A DNA stretch of 64,000 nt from Candidatus Latescibacterota bacterium (GCA_965222605.1 OZ244960.1:5760001-5824000), one strand, 5' to 3'. Shown: positions 52,301 to 62,318, counted from the first letter of the stretch. Made by a program: numbers and translations. Notes: generated from the sequence alone by a model not told the origin.

Positions 52301-52383
52301 ACGTGAAAGCCCGAAAAGTCGAGCGGGGGCACGTTTTCGCCATAGCTGAGGAAGTTCTGGAGGGAAAGGCTTATGGGAATCAT
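49333..52383 (-). CDS. sbcC: SbcC (Rad50-like SMC ATPase)
   Basis: GRNGHGKS, zinc hook CPLCG, YSGGE, LVIDEGFG, long coiled coil. Confidence 0.93.
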   Translation of the reverse strand: MIPISLSLQNFLSYGENVPPLDFSGFHVACISGRNGHGKSALLDAITWALWGEARKSGSERRPSDGLLRIGATEMRVDFEFFLENDRYRISRSFRKTGKSATTRLEFQIYSPETNAYKTLSEESAIRQTQASIDTLLRMTYETFINSAFLLQGRADEFTRCKASQRKALLSDILGLSHYDDLSSLAREHARKRDIELATARAKRDDIAQTIEKRDEFVAQRDSVNAQLHTCNSELESAENRREALRKIRTQRERHEAESEALQKDVSRIESDMREQQTTCEKARQDVSAYREILDRSAEVTNAAEKYRTLQQEDADLQKKLHALRPLEKRAGELDQKIADQRHEVERRLGEWQIRIGDAERSLRETEVLLSDRQTIQTQVEALHKARQQDREWEDIRENRERIERNIRDLERQIDSAVENIKVDINTRTHHRQQTDVLIADDEARRETRQSLRAQAEEIQSLEAERDGIRNKGSALKIQIENDLDRLNTLRQTREDIAQQQQILQNVQDASCPLCGSELDQTHREEVAAKLSNQLREQQTLTTKLESDIQKAEAEREQHRHRYQEIKNQLAQREGIAQRLAEAEAALKEAENAVQTRESLSAEISALKIQLREQTQNSPDARALSQARSALENLSYNPAEHRTLREKLKALDSVEAQNAQLQLAEERKEKILVELPTFRKKRDLAQQWLDEAKYAPNERAEREQVRHRIHTLNYNAEHHQRISQQLAALQDAPAQYERLQVAERDLENAQTQLKTAQKRLSELTERNEQARQRLTEIAAAINRAESTLEEANTLEKNIAQMRAQRDSLLQKNAALQSQIEHCDALSAEQNAVKEKIKSCERDIRIYRELTTAFGKDGIQALIIEQAIPEIEEEANRILARLTDNRTQIALESLRDLKTGGTRETLDIKISDELGERSYELYSGGEAFRIDFSIRIALSKLLARRTGTRLRTLVIDEGFGTQDAEGLDHLVEAIQAISGDFEKILVITHIESLKQAFPVRIEVTKYPDLGSRFEVLY

Positions 52384-53621
52384 TCGCTACCTCTGAGTTC
52401 GGCTTCGAGTCGCGCGCCGTAATTCTGAAGGTCTTTTTCCATTTCTTTGAGGTCGGGGTGGTTTTGCAAGTATGCGTGGAGCGCGTCTTTGATGCCCATA
52501 TCTTCTGAAATGCTGGCTCTGCGCTGCTGTTTTTGGACTCTGGGCTTGGGCGCAATGCTGGCGATCATGAACGCGTCTTCGAGCGCGTTTTTGACGGCTT
52601 TGAGGTCAACGGTATCTGTGTGGTCGCCGGGCAAATCGTAGATGACGCGCACAATAGCATCGGTCAGGGTGTGTTTGTCGATGGCTTCGAGTATGGCTGT
52701 TGTAGGGTCCTGATCTGGGGCGATATCAACCGATATCGTGGAAAAGGGACGGGCCGGTGTGCGTACAAATTTGTAAGATGTCGTCCTGCCTGTCTCCTGA
52801 GTCTCAATTGTGACCATGACGACGCCTTTGGTTTCTCGCTCTTCGCCAAAATCAATGCGTTCAATGCTGCCGGAATACACGACAGGGGGTTGAGCATTGG
52901 GGTTGAGGTCCTGAAATTTGTGGATGTGGCCCAGGGCGATGTAGTCAAAGGCGAGATTGGCGAGTGTGCTGGTGAGAAAAACGGGATCTCGCCCAATTAT
53001 TGCGGTTTGTTCAGAGCCGGATAAGGTGGCGTCGGCAGCGGCGAGATGGCCCACGAGAACGGAGGGGATAGCGGGATTGACCTGTGCGGACAGACGGTCA
53101 ATCAGGAGGGCACCCAGGTCTTGAAGTTTTTCGACAACTTCTTCTTGCGACAGGTTGTGATAGGGCCCCTGGGTTAACAGGCGGCTGCGGTGCAGCCAGG
53201 GCAAGCAGGCAACTTGAATGGGGCCAGATTTTGTGTCAATGTCGATGAGGCGGTCTCCAGAGGCAATATAGACGCCTTTAGTGCCCAATGTGCCAAAGAT
53301 GTCAACAGATGAGGCTTTGCCATAAGATACGGGGCTGTCGTGGTTGCCGGTGATCATGACGATGGGTATGTCGCGGGCGCTGAGCATGTGAATGAGGGAT
53401 GCAAATTCGCGCTGGTGCGTGGGCGTGGGATCGCATGAGCGATAGGCGTCACCGGCGAAGAGGACGAGATCGACCTCTTCTTTCAGTGCTTCTTCAAACG
53501 CAAACCGAAGGCTTTTGATAAAGTCTTGCAAGCGCGTGTGAAGGCCCGTGCCCGAATCGAGACGGCCGTAATTTTCAACGCCAATATGGGTGTCAGCAAC
53601 GTGTAGAAATTTGATGGACAT
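52380..53621 (-). CDS. sbcD: SbcD (Mre11-like nuclease)
   Basis: HVADTH, AGD, GNHD, ALGHIH, YSGS.ER.DFGE. Start ATG 53621. Confidence 0.93.
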   Translation of the reverse strand: MSIKFLHVADTHIGVENYGRLDSGTGLHTRLQDFIKSLRFAFEEALKEEVDLVLFAGDAYRSCDPTPTHQREFASLIHMLSARDIPIVMITGNHDSPVSYGKASSVDIFGTLGTKGVYIASGDRLIDIDTKSGPIQVACLPWLHRSRLLTQGPYHNLSQEEVVEKLQDLGALLIDRLSAQVNPAIPSVLVGHLAAADATLSGSEQTAIIGRDPVFLTSTLANLAFDYIALGHIHKFQDLNPNAQPPVVYSGSIERIDFGEERETKGVVMVTIETQETGRTTSYKFVRTPARPFSTISVDIAPDQDPTTAILEAIDKHTLTDAIVRVIYDLPGDHTDTVDLKAVKNALEDAFMIASIAPKPRVQKQQRRASISEDMGIKDALHAYLQNHPDLKEMEKDLQNYGARLEAELRGSE

Positions 53622-53704
53622 GGTAGATAGGTTATTATGGGGAGGAAGAAGGTAGGGGAAATTTAAGGAAGAAATAGGAAGGTGAAAAGAGCAAAGTGCT
53701 ACCA

Positions 53705-55522
53705 CTACGGTCTTACCTCTGGCGAGAGTTTTACTTTAATCTGCAGAGTTGTGACGTCTGTAAAGTGAATCGCCAGTTTTCTGCGGCCTGTGTTATCGGC
53801 TTGTTTGGGATTGGGGGAGGTGGGCAAGGGGGTTGCGTCGAGAACTGTGAATACGGCTTCTGATGGTGATAAAATTTCCGCTTTGAGATGCTTGCCCCTG
53901 CGCGTTAGAAGGGCGGTTTGACCGTCGAGTTTGACGCTGGCTCTCGTGTGCATAAACCACCAGAGTTCAGACGGAGATTTGGCTTCAATGTCGTCGGTAA
54001 TCACGACATGATTTTGGTCTATCATCTCAAAGGTGCGCTGTGCGCGCGTTGCATCATCGGCATAAACGTCGGTGAGGTCGAGAATAGCCGTCGCGTGATT
54101 GGCCTCGGATTTGAAGGATGTGATGGGGCATTTGGCTTTGGGATTCTGATCCGGGCCATTGCCGGGGTTGAACACGAGGGTGTTGTGCCCTTCGGCGCGG
54201 ATGCGATAAAATTCCCACCGTTGGCGTTTGTTGCGATGTCTTTGATAGGTTTCGCGTTCCGTGCCCGAGTCGATAGCCCATCGCTCGCCAAGTGCTTCAA
54301 GGATGAATGTGCCTTGATCGAGGTGCCGGTGCATGCCCAGATTGTAATTGCCGCCAGCCTGAATGCCCAGGACCAGCGCATTGGGGTCGGTCCACGATGT
54401 GCGGAGAGTGGCAACATCAGCTTTGCGAAAGTGTTTGTTGAGGGGGAGGGTGCTCGGATCAAAGTCTTTTGCGCGGTCATCGAACCACAGCAAGTCGAGC
54501 ACAGTTCCCCTGCCGTATTGTCTGAGCGTATCGTAGCGAAACCAACTGTAGTGTTGTATGTCGTAGTGCTTGCCCATCCAGAAGTGCATGGGGGAACTCA
54601 CGCGCCGAAACCCGCAATCGGCAAAGTCAAAACTGTAGCGATCTGCCCCCGAAATGTAAATCTGATAATCTCCGCTTTCTTTGAACCCGGGGGTGGCTGC
54701 GAGATCAAAATCTGTGCCGAGTGCGCTGAACAGGCTGGACAAAAAGAGCACGTTGTAACGCGCACCATAATCCCAATAGGTGACGCCTTCGATACCCGCG
54801 CCATCCGGGGCGTAAAAATGCATCGCCAGAGGAATGCTTTTGACGCCCGCGTGGAGAATTTCGCCGGCGAGTTCTGGTTCTTCATCGGCTATGACGAGCG
54901 CGCCCATGCCAAGTCCGCCGTTGCAGACCTGGTTCCAATTGTTGTGATTGCGCGTCCACCAGGCGTTTTCGCGATAGGCCATCAAGCCGGGTTTGAGACC
55001 CTTTTCCGCTATGGCTGTGCGAAGCACGCGCCGCTGCTCTTCTGTCCAATGGTTATACAACCAGTCGTATCCAACGGCAAAGGCATAAGTCATTTCTGCG
55101 GTGTCGAGAAAGTGATCGGGATTCCAATCTTTGAATTGCGCTGCGGCTTCGAGTTCGGCCCAGGCGCGTTCCAAATGGCGTTGTTCGCCCTCCATGAGAT
55201 AGAGAAAGGCGAGTTGTCGCACCCGCTCTTTCACGCGGCGGCTGGTGGAGAGCAACCGCCTTCCATCCGGGATGCTGTATTCCGAAGGTTTTTGCGTGAG
55301 TATTTTCTGGGTTTCTCGCTTGATCCTGCGATAGATTTTTGCGGCAACAGTGTCCTGGGCAATTTGTTTTTTGATGCGTACGAGGGTGTTTGCATCCATC
55401 ATCAGGCGCGGGTGGCCAGGTTTTAAGGTCATTAGAATCTGATCCCTATCCGGAGGGGTGAATGCTTCTGCGTGAGTTTGGATACTCAGTGCGAGGATGA
55501 TTATTGAAATGATTGATTTCAT
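53705..55522 (-). CDS. Secreted heparinase II/III-like polysaccharide lyase
   Basis: Signal peptide MKSIISIIILALS, HPRL, WNPDHFLD, NNWNQVC, EG..YW.YG, H.HLD.G.F, GHNTL. Confidence 0.85.
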   Translation of the reverse strand: MKSIISIIILALSIQTHAEAFTPPDRDQILMTLKPGHPRLMMDANTLVRIKKQIAQDTVAAKIYRRIKRETQKILTQKPSEYSIPDGRRLLSTSRRVKERVRQLAFLYLMEGEQRHLERAWAELEAAAQFKDWNPDHFLDTAEMTYAFAVGYDWLYNHWTEEQRRVLRTAIAEKGLKPGLMAYRENAWWTRNHNNWNQVCNGGLGMGALVIADEEPELAGEILHAGVKSIPLAMHFYAPDGAGIEGVTYWDYGARYNVLFLSSLFSALGTDFDLAATPGFKESGDYQIYISGADRYSFDFADCGFRRVSSPMHFWMGKHYDIQHYSWFRYDTLRQYGRGTVLDLLWFDDRAKDFDPSTLPLNKHFRKADVATLRTSWTDPNALVLGIQAGGNYNLGMHRHLDQGTFILEALGERWAIDSGTERETYQRHRNKRQRWEFYRIRAEGHNTLVFNPGNGPDQNPKAKCPITSFKSEANHATAILDLTDVYADDATRAQRTFEMIDQNHVVITDDIEAKSPSELWWFMHTRASVKLDGQTALLTRRGKHLKAEILSPSEAVFTVLDATPLPTSPNPKQADNTGRRKLAIHFTDVTTLQIKVKLSPEVRP

Positions 55523-55544
55523 GATGCCTTTTATTTTTAACAAC

Positions 55545-55580
55545 AACGAGTTCGCCCAGTCTCCACTGAGCGAACTCGTT
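55545..55580. terminator. Intergenic hairpin (possible terminator)
   Basis: AACGAGTTCGCCCAGT-CTCC-ACTGAGCGAACTCGTT; weak U tract. Confidence 0.45.
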
Positions 55581-55620
55581 TGGTTATGATCTGAGATTTT
55601 CACAGGTATCTCATTTGTCT

Positions 55621-56391
55621 TTAGTCCATGGACTCCATGGCGTCCATGTTTACCTTAACGCCTTTTTTCTTCAAGGCGGCAACATGCGTGTTCATTGACA
55701 TGTCATTCAGAGCATTGCGCCTGATATTTAGTGTTGCCAGGTTGGCCAGGCCCGCGGCTGGCGCTATATCCATGACTTTGTTGTTGTTCAGCCCTAAGGT
55801 TTTCAACTCAGCCATGCCCGACACTGCCGAAATATCTGCGACTTTGTTGCCGGAAAGATTCAGATTTCTCAGTTTGGTCGCCTCAGAAAGTGCCGAAATA
55901 TCAGAGATGTTGCGGTTCACACTGAGATTCAGTATTCTCAGATTTTTCAAACCGGAAAGTGCCGATATGTCGGATACATTATTGCGGGTCAGATTTAGCG
56001 TTCTCAGTTTTTTCAAACCTGAAAGTGCCGAGAGGTCAGAGACGGCGTTGCTGTTGACGACCTTGTTTTCCACGCGCGTAGCACCAAGATTCAGTAATGT
56101 CAAATTTTTGGCATGCTCGAGGCCGCTCAAATCGCTGATGTTTGCATTTTGCGCAACAAGACGCTTCAGTTTAGCCATGTCAGCCGTGGTGATCACCGCA
56201 TCGCTCGCCATGCCCAGAGAATCTGCAATGACTGCGCGCAAATTGGCGTCGGCAATCATGACTGGTTTTGGCTCCATTTGTTTAGCGCTTTCGCTTTTTT
56301 GCTCGTTGGCTTTGTGATGGGCGGCGTCACTCGCGCCATAGCTGCATGCAACGAGGAGTGCGAGAATAAAGAGAAGATGTCGATACGTCAT
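55621..56391 (-). CDS. Internalin-like leucine-rich-repeat lipoprotein
   Basis: Lipobox LVAC, DANLRAVIAD cap, 22-aa repeats N.VSDISALSGL..L..L.L. Confidence 0.85.
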   Translation of the reverse strand: MTYRHLLFILALLVACSYGASDAAHHKANEQKSESAKQMEPKPVMIADANLRAVIADSLGMASDAVITTADMAKLKRLVAQNANISDLSGLEHAKNLTLLNLGATRVENKVVNSNAVSDLSALSGLKKLRTLNLTRNNVSDISALSGLKNLRILNLSVNRNISDISALSEATKLRNLNLSGNKVADISAVSGMAELKTLGLNNNKVMDIAPAAGLANLATLNIRRNALNDMSMNTHVAALKKKGVKVNMDAMESMD

Positions 56392-56456
56392 GGGTAGTTC
56401 CTCCAAATGGATTTTTCGTGTGACGGTGAATGGAACTGTGAACTTCTCACAGATAT

Positions 56457-57332
56457 TTAGCTGTCGGTATTTACCTTAACGCCTCTTTCTTTCAAGGCGG
56501 GAATTTGCGTGTTCATTGATGTCTCACTCAGCGCGTTGCGCTTGAGATTGAGTGTTTCCAGCTTAGCCAAACCGGCGATCGGCGCGAGGTCCGCGACTTT
56601 GTTGTTGTTGAGACTCAAGGTTTTCAACTCAGCCATGCCCGACAGTGCCGAAAGGTCAGAGATTTTGTTGACATTGAGCGTCAGTTGTCTCAGATCGGTT
56701 AGACCCGATAGCGGCGCGATATCCGAGATGCCGGTGTTGCTCAGACTCAGGTTTCTCATCTTGGTTAAGCCCGATAGAGACGAAACATCGGCTATCTTTT
56801 TGTTGGCGAAAAACGACAGTACTCTCAACCTGGTCAAGCCCGACAGGACTGAGATGTCAGATATCATGTTGGCACCAAGACGCAGTTGTCTCAGATCGGT
56901 TAGACCCGATAGCGGCGAGAGGTCGGATATTGAGGTGGCGCGTTCAAGGTCCAGGTTTCTCAGCTTGGTCAAACCCGACAGCGGCGAGAGGTCGGATATA
57001 TCATTGCTGTTGACGGCCTTATTATCCACACGCGCAGCACCGAGGTCCAGATGCATCAGGCCGGTTGCATGCTCTAAGCCAGTCAAATCGCCGATGTTTG
57101 CATTTGGCGCTACAATACGCGTCAATTTTGCCATTTCAGCCGCGGTGATCGCCGCATCGCTCGCCATGTTCAGGGAATCTGCAATGACCGCGCGCAGGCT
57201 GGCATCGGAGATGGTCACTGTTTCGGTGCTTTCACTTTTTTTCTCGCTCATTTTGTGATGGACCGCATCACTCGTGCTATAGCTGCATGCAATGAGGAGG
57301 ACAAGAACAAAGGGGAGATGTCGATACATCAT
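56457..57332 (-). CDS. Internalin-like leucine-rich-repeat lipoprotein (paralog)
   Basis: Lipobox LIAC, DASLRAVIAD cap, 22-aa repeats ISDLSPLSGLT.L..L.L. Confidence 0.85.
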   Translation of the reverse strand: MMYRHLPFVLVLLIACSYSTSDAVHHKMSEKKSESTETVTISDASLRAVIADSLNMASDAAITAAEMAKLTRIVAPNANIGDLTGLEHATGLMHLDLGAARVDNKAVNSNDISDLSPLSGLTKLRNLDLERATSISDLSPLSGLTDLRQLRLGANMISDISVLSGLTRLRVLSFFANKKIADVSSLSGLTKMRNLSLSNTGISDIAPLSGLTDLRQLTLNVNKISDLSALSGMAELKTLSLNNNKVADLAPIAGLAKLETLNLKRNALSETSMNTQIPALKERGVKVNTDS

Positions 57333-57539
57333 TGAAATTTCCTCCAGAAGAGGGTGAATGAGACACGCAAAGTGCCCGTGCCAAATGGATGTGATATTGA
57401 GCACAACAACTTACGAGAGATTTCCTCCTTTCTGTTGTGGGTGCGTGTTCTTGTGTGCTCTAATCTGAGGTATGATAATATAAAAGCGGTTGATTAGTCA
57501 ATAAAAATAAGAGGTAAAATGTAAGAGAAGAGGGGATGG

Positions 57540-59288
57540 CTAACGCTTGAGGTCGAGTTGTGCTGACCACGAGGAGGTGCGGTGGTGGCTGTAGCGCGTT
57601 GACAGGCGGAAATGCGCGTTTGCCCAGGTGAGGCGCAAGCCGCGATTGGTGCCGTCTCCTGAGAGGGTGAGCAGGCGTATGCCGCCCCAGACATGGGGTT
57701 CAATGTCGTAGATACGCGCGTTGTAGGATGAGATTTTGTGGTGGGTGGCCCAAAGTGCGAGGGAAAAGCCCGTTGATTTGCCGAGTTGCATGCGAAGTCC
57801 GGCGGCGTTTCCCGAGGTACCGGCGTGAGCGCGCTGGAGCCATGCGGTCATGGTGCGTGCGGGGCGTTTGTAGATGAATGCAAGGCGAAGACTTTGGCGG
57901 GGTACGCGATTTGTGGCACTTCTGGCATCGGCGGTTAGACGTGCAGAAAATCCCCTGCTGAAGCGGTGGGTAAAATTGAGCCGCAAGCGAGCACCTCGTT
58001 CTGGCAGTGCGCTTTTCTCTGAAAGGAGATGGCCGTAGCGGTCAAGGGCGATATCGAGGCGTTTGCGTTTTGATACGCGCCAGGTCAGGCCAAAAAATGC
58101 GCCCCATTCGTTGTTTGGGGGGGAGCCGTATGCGGCATAGGGTGCGCCGTGCAAGCTGTGAAAACTGGTACCATAGTATCTGCCAATGAGGTGGAGACGC
58201 AGGATAGGCGTACCGGCGACGAGGCCGGTTATAAAAGCTCTGGGGGCGATTTCACCAAACAGGGCGATACGGTTGGTGCGGTAGAGGCCGTTCAGGCTGA
58301 ATAACATGCCTGCCTGAGCAGTGCGCGGTACGGCGGAATCACTGGCTATGTCAGACGCGATGGGTGTAAAGGCCGTGTTGAGGAATGCCAATCCAATGTG
58401 TTTTTGCGAGGAGCCAATGGCTATGTTCGCGCCTGTGAGGCGTTCGCGGAGTGCGTTTTTGCGCGCTTGTGAGGTTTCGGTGTGGTGAAGGCCGCTGGTG
58501 TAGATGCGCGTGTCAGAGCCAAAGGTCGCATCCCATGTCATTCGGCCATACATCAGGCTCCAGAACAAATGAGTGTGTGAGCCGCTCAGGTAAATGCCGC
58601 GCAGGGCACCGTGTTCTGTGCTGGTGCGATTGCCCGATTGCGTGGCAGTGCGGGCGCGTGCATAGCTCAAGCCGGTCGCGCTGCGGGTGCGGCGAGAAAA
58701 GAGCAATCCCTGTCCCCATTCTGGACGCACATCTCCGAGGATGATATCGATGTGAGAAAGGGGCAGGGCAATATATCCGGTGACGTGATCGGTAAGGGTC
58801 GGTTCTTCTGGGTCGCGTTCGGTCAGGAAAAAGGCAGAGAGATGTGCGGGTGAAGAGATTTCGAGTCGTTGATAGAGGCGCATGTCGCCAAAGCTATTGG
58901 CGCGTTTAGAAGGGCGCGTGACGCGGGATGTATATTGCAAACGCCAGGGGCGCGAGGGTGCGATGGACAGATAGGGCGCGATGAGGTCGATATGTTCTTC
59001 CGATAAACCCTGTACCTTGGCGAGTTCTGCAAGGGCGCGATAGGGGCGACGGGCGATGATCCGCCGGACGAGTTCTGGGGTGAGACCGGGCAAAATGAGC
59101 AGGTCTTTCGCGCTTGCGCGATTGAGTTCGAGGCTTATGCCTTCGAGGTCGCGCAACAAGTCATTATACGCTTCGGCTTCGTTTTCGGTGTAGATGGCGG
59201 GCGGTTGCGCGAATAGGAGCGCGGGAAGGCACAGGGTGAACACAATGTGCCATGCGAGCGTGCGGATGTGAAAGATGTGTTCTGGCAT
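57540..59288 (-). CDS. ComEA-like helix-hairpin-helix protein with a predicted beta-rich outer-membrane domain
   Basis: LNRAS..DL..LPGL.....RII..RPY....EL..V.GL, WGQGLL, NNEWG.F.G. Confidence 0.7.
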   Translation of the reverse strand: MPEHIFHIRTLAWHIVFTLCLPALLFAQPPAIYTENEAEAYNDLLRDLEGISLELNRASAKDLLILPGLTPELVRRIIARRPYRALAELAKVQGLSEEHIDLIAPYLSIAPSRPWRLQYTSRVTRPSKRANSFGDMRLYQRLEISSPAHLSAFFLTERDPEEPTLTDHVTGYIALPLSHIDIILGDVRPEWGQGLLFSRRTRSATGLSYARARTATQSGNRTSTEHGALRGIYLSGSHTHLFWSLMYGRMTWDATFGSDTRIYTSGLHHTETSQARKNALRERLTGANIAIGSSQKHIGLAFLNTAFTPIASDIASDSAVPRTAQAGMLFSLNGLYRTNRIALFGEIAPRAFITGLVAGTPILRLHLIGRYYGTSFHSLHGAPYAAYGSPPNNEWGAFFGLTWRVSKRKRLDIALDRYGHLLSEKSALPERGARLRLNFTHRFSRGFSARLTADARSATNRVPRQSLRLAFIYKRPARTMTAWLQRAHAGTSGNAAGLRMQLGKSTGFSLALWATHHKISSYNARIYDIEPHVWGGIRLLTLSGDGTNRGLRLTWANAHFRLSTRYSHHRTSSWSAQLDLKR

Positions 59289-59435
59289 TGGGCGCGTTTG
59301 CGATATAAAGGTCTGAATTTACAGTAAGTTGCTTTGTTGTTGCAATAGACCTTATGCAAACGGTATGCCAGCACAGTGAACTGGTCTGGACTGCGACCAG
59401 TCATGCTCGATTTACTCGCCTTCATACACCGATCC

Positions 59436-61280
59436 TCATTTTTGATACAGTTCTATTCTGCGATTGCGGATGGTGAGCATATACATCCATGCATTTTCCC
59501 GATGGCCTTTGCCAAAGGATATTTGGCCGGTTGCACCGGGTATGTCGGTAAGGGTTTCAAGGCGGTCTCGCAGGCGGTCTCGGGTGGTGCCGCCCGCGTT
59601 TATACCGTGCAGGATGGATAGCATGGCATCGTATCCGAGGGCGGCAACGATATTCTGTTCTTTGCCAAAGCGCGAGCGGTAGGCGTTGACGAAATTTTGC
59701 ACGGATTCGAGGTGGCTCTGGTCGTAATATTTTGCGACAAAAACAGCACCATCGACATAATTGCCTCCGTCGCGAGCCACTTGATCGTGGTTCCAGCCAT
59801 CGCTGCCGAGTACCTGCGAAGAGACGAGGGCGGAGTGAAATTGAGGCGCAATGAGTAAGATGTCTTCTGCACCGCCCGCAATGAGGATGCCGTCCAGGGC
59901 TTTGACAACTTCGAGTTGCACTGTGTCGGGGTCAACTACGACGGGCGGTGGGGGGGCGATGTGTATGTTGCCGAGGATTAAGGAGTCAATTTCCGAAGCG
60001 AGACTGTCGGGTACTTGAAGTGCCAGTCCCGCGCTGCGGATGCGTTCAAATTGGCGGCGATAATCCGTGGTGCCCGGTTCATACCATTCTTGAATGAGCA
60101 CTTCGGCACCGAGATCTTCGGCTCTGGTGGCAAATTCACGGGCGATGGTCCGGCCATAATCATCTCGAGATGCGAGTGAGGCCAGCGTTCGCAAGCCCTG
60201 TTTATTCACGGCGTGTTCTGCAATATGCCTGCCCTGCGCGCCCGGTGTTGCGTTGACTTGAAAAACATAGGAACTGAGGGATGCAATGCCATCGTCTGAG
60301 GCTGTTGGAGCCACCAGAGGCACTTTTTTGGCACTGAGCATGGTTGCGATAGGCGTGGTTTCCGCGCTTGTGAGAGCGCCGATGATGGCGAGTACTTCGC
60401 GTTCTTCAACAAGGTGCTGTGCCGCGCGTGCTGCGCGAATGGGGTCGCCTTCGGAATCTTCAAATATTAATTCGATCTGGTCGTGAGATACGAGTGCATT
60501 GCGGTCTCTCGCAAGTGTGATACCGTTGCGAAGGTTTTCGCCGTTTGGGGTGCCCAATGGGGCGATGACGCCAATTTTATAGCGCGCATTTTTGGGTTCT
60601 GGAGCGGGTTGGGACGATGGAGTAGCGCGCGCGCGTATGAGGATTTGGCGCGCGTGTGCGGCAAATTGTCCGTTTGGATGGTGATCGAGAAAGAAGGACA
60701 GGTGTTTGTTGCCCGTTTTGAGGTTGCCGAATTTTATGTGCCAGTGCGCTTTGCCAAAGGCAATGGCTTCATCGATGATGGCGCGATTAAAGTCGATTTT
60801 CAGATTTTCGACCTCTGCATCGGTCAAGTTTTCGCTGCCAGATAATTGGCCCAGGCGGTCGGCTGCACGCGCTTTGGTGCGTATGTCGGCGCGGCTGGTG
60901 AGTACGCGCACATATTGTGTGGCAGCATTGTAAATCTGGTGCTGGTGAAAATAACAGTCGCCAATGATCAGGTCGGTTTCGGAGACGTATCGGCTGCGCG
61001 GGTAGTGATGTTGAAGCGCGATGGCCTCGTCCAGAGCCAGATCGTAAGCTTTCAATTTGTAGTGCGATTTTGCCAGCAGAAATCGCGCGGCAGAGGTGCG
61101 CTGGTTGGGGGGGTGTTGTTCGATAAGTTCGATAAACCCATTCCGGGCGTCTGATAATTTGTCCTGGTTATAATGGGCAAGTGCGCGTTGGAAAAGGGTT
61201 TCCGCTTTCTGACTGAAGATCTCACCCGATATTTGGGCAGAGAAGAGCAGGATAAGAAGGAGTATAGATAATTTTTTCAT
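59436..61280 (-). CDS. TPR plus periplasmic-binding-protein type 1 protein (LpoA/penicillin-binding protein activator-like)
   Basis: Signal peptide, TPRs, KIGVIAPL, V.AIIG.L.S, ALGYDA, PGATG.I.F. Confidence 0.75.
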   Translation of the reverse strand: MKKLSILLLILLFSAQISGEIFSQKAETLFQRALAHYNQDKLSDARNGFIELIEQHPPNQRTSAARFLLAKSHYKLKAYDLALDEAIALQHHYPRSRYVSETDLIIGDCYFHQHQIYNAATQYVRVLTSRADIRTKARAADRLGQLSGSENLTDAEVENLKIDFNRAIIDEAIAFGKAHWHIKFGNLKTGNKHLSFFLDHHPNGQFAAHARQILIRARATPSSQPAPEPKNARYKIGVIAPLGTPNGENLRNGITLARDRNALVSHDQIELIFEDSEGDPIRAARAAQHLVEEREVLAIIGALTSAETTPIATMLSAKKVPLVAPTASDDGIASLSSYVFQVNATPGAQGRHIAEHAVNKQGLRTLASLASRDDYGRTIAREFATRAEDLGAEVLIQEWYEPGTTDYRRQFERIRSAGLALQVPDSLASEIDSLILGNIHIAPPPPVVVDPDTVQLEVVKALDGILIAGGAEDILLIAPQFHSALVSSQVLGSDGWNHDQVARDGGNYVDGAVFVAKYYDQSHLESVQNFVNAYRSRFGKEQNIVAALGYDAMLSILHGINAGGTTRDRLRDRLETLTDIPGATGQISFGKGHRENAWMYMLTIRNRRIELYQK

Positions 61281-61759
61281 TGAACAAAGTTGATAAAATC
61301 TTCTGGATGCAGTTTTTGGAGTCGCTGTTGAAGGCGTCCGGGGGGGTGTTTTTTGGATAGTTCGGCACTTTTTTTCATCACTTTTTCATCTATGTAGATT
61401 GGCGCGTCAAATTTGAGTGCCATCAAGATCGCGTCGCTGGGGCGTGCGTCGAGTTCCAGAGGGGTTCCAGGGGAGGTGAGATGCAATTGCGCGCGATAGA
61501 TGTGGTCTATGATGTCTGTGATGAGTGCGTGTTGAACGCTGGCTTGCAGGTTTTTAATGACTGTTCTGATCAAATCGTGTGCAAATGGACGCGGCGGTTT
61601 GTAGTCATCGCCTGAGATATGAAGGGCAAGTGAGAACATTTCGCCCATTTGAATCCATATTGGCACGCGGTGGTCGCCGTCTTTTTCTTTGAGCATAATG
61701 ACCGGTTCTTCGAATTGGCGGTCGATAAATATGCCTTCGATTTGGGCTTCATAGACCAT
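61277..61759 (-). CDS. Bifunctional nuclease family protein (DUF151)
   Basis: P.I.LKE, VPIWI, RPFAHDL, LDARPSDAI.MAL....PIY. Confidence 0.88.
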   Translation of the reverse strand: MVYEAQIEGIFIDRQFEEPVIMLKEKDGDHRVPIWIQMGEMFSLALHISGDDYKPPRPFAHDLIRTVIKNLQASVQHALITDIIDHIYRAQLHLTSPGTPLELDARPSDAILMALKFDAPIYIDEKVMKKSAELSKKHPPGRLQQRLQKLHPEDFINFVQ

Positions 61760-61868
61760 GGACGCGACCTCTGTGAGTTTTACCAAATATAAAGGAGGGC
61801 AATGGAAGGGTCAAGCGGTCAGTCTAAACATACCGAGAATGATGCGGTAGTAATTTTAAGACATTTTT

Positions 61869-62315
61869 TTAGACATCAACGGTTTTTGGATGAGTTTGTG
61901 GATGTTCTTTGCGCCATTGGTCAATTTTCTGTGCATCTGCTTCTGTCAAGACAATATGCCCTTTCGCGCTGTTTGGGAGGCCAACCCCAATACCTGCTTT
62001 CGCCATGGATTTGATAATTTTTTTAATGGTGTGAGGGGAGACATTCCAGGATTTTGCCAGGCTCGATACTGTGAAAATTTCTGAAGCCTGTCCGTTAATC
62101 GTATTTTCAGGATTTTGTATGATGTCTGACAAATTCACAGCCTGGGTCGCTGCATCAATTGTGATAGATACGAGCCTCCCCTGATCGTCGTATGAAAAGA
62201 GAATATTGTCATGTTCACCATCAACACCGGCATTTTCGGTTTTGGATACGAGGCCCTGAGCCAGCGTAATTTCCAGGGTATCTGAATCGGGGAAATACAT
62301 AAATGGCTCTTTCAT
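61869..62315 (-). CDS. DUF2283 domain protein with a C-terminal HTH (antitoxin-like)
   Basis: YFPDSDTLEI.L, YDDQGRLVSITI..A, then TVSSLAKSWNVSPHTIKK. Confidence 0.7.
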   Translation of the reverse strand: MKEPFMYFPDSDTLEITLAQGLVSKTENAGVDGEHDNILFSYDDQGRLVSITIDAATQAVNLSDIIQNPENTINGQASEIFTVSSLAKSWNVSPHTIKKIIKSMAKAGIGVGLPNSAKGHIVLTEADAQKIDQWRKEHPQTHPKTVDV

Positions 62316-62318
62316 GGT

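Noticed and set aside
53918-55426. 502-aa ORF on the + strand
   Set aside because: Antisense shadow of the heparinase-like gene
55621-57332. Possible CRISPR-like periodic repeats
   Set aside because: The ~66-bp periodicity is coding LRR sequence; no repeat-spacer array or cas genes were seen in the window
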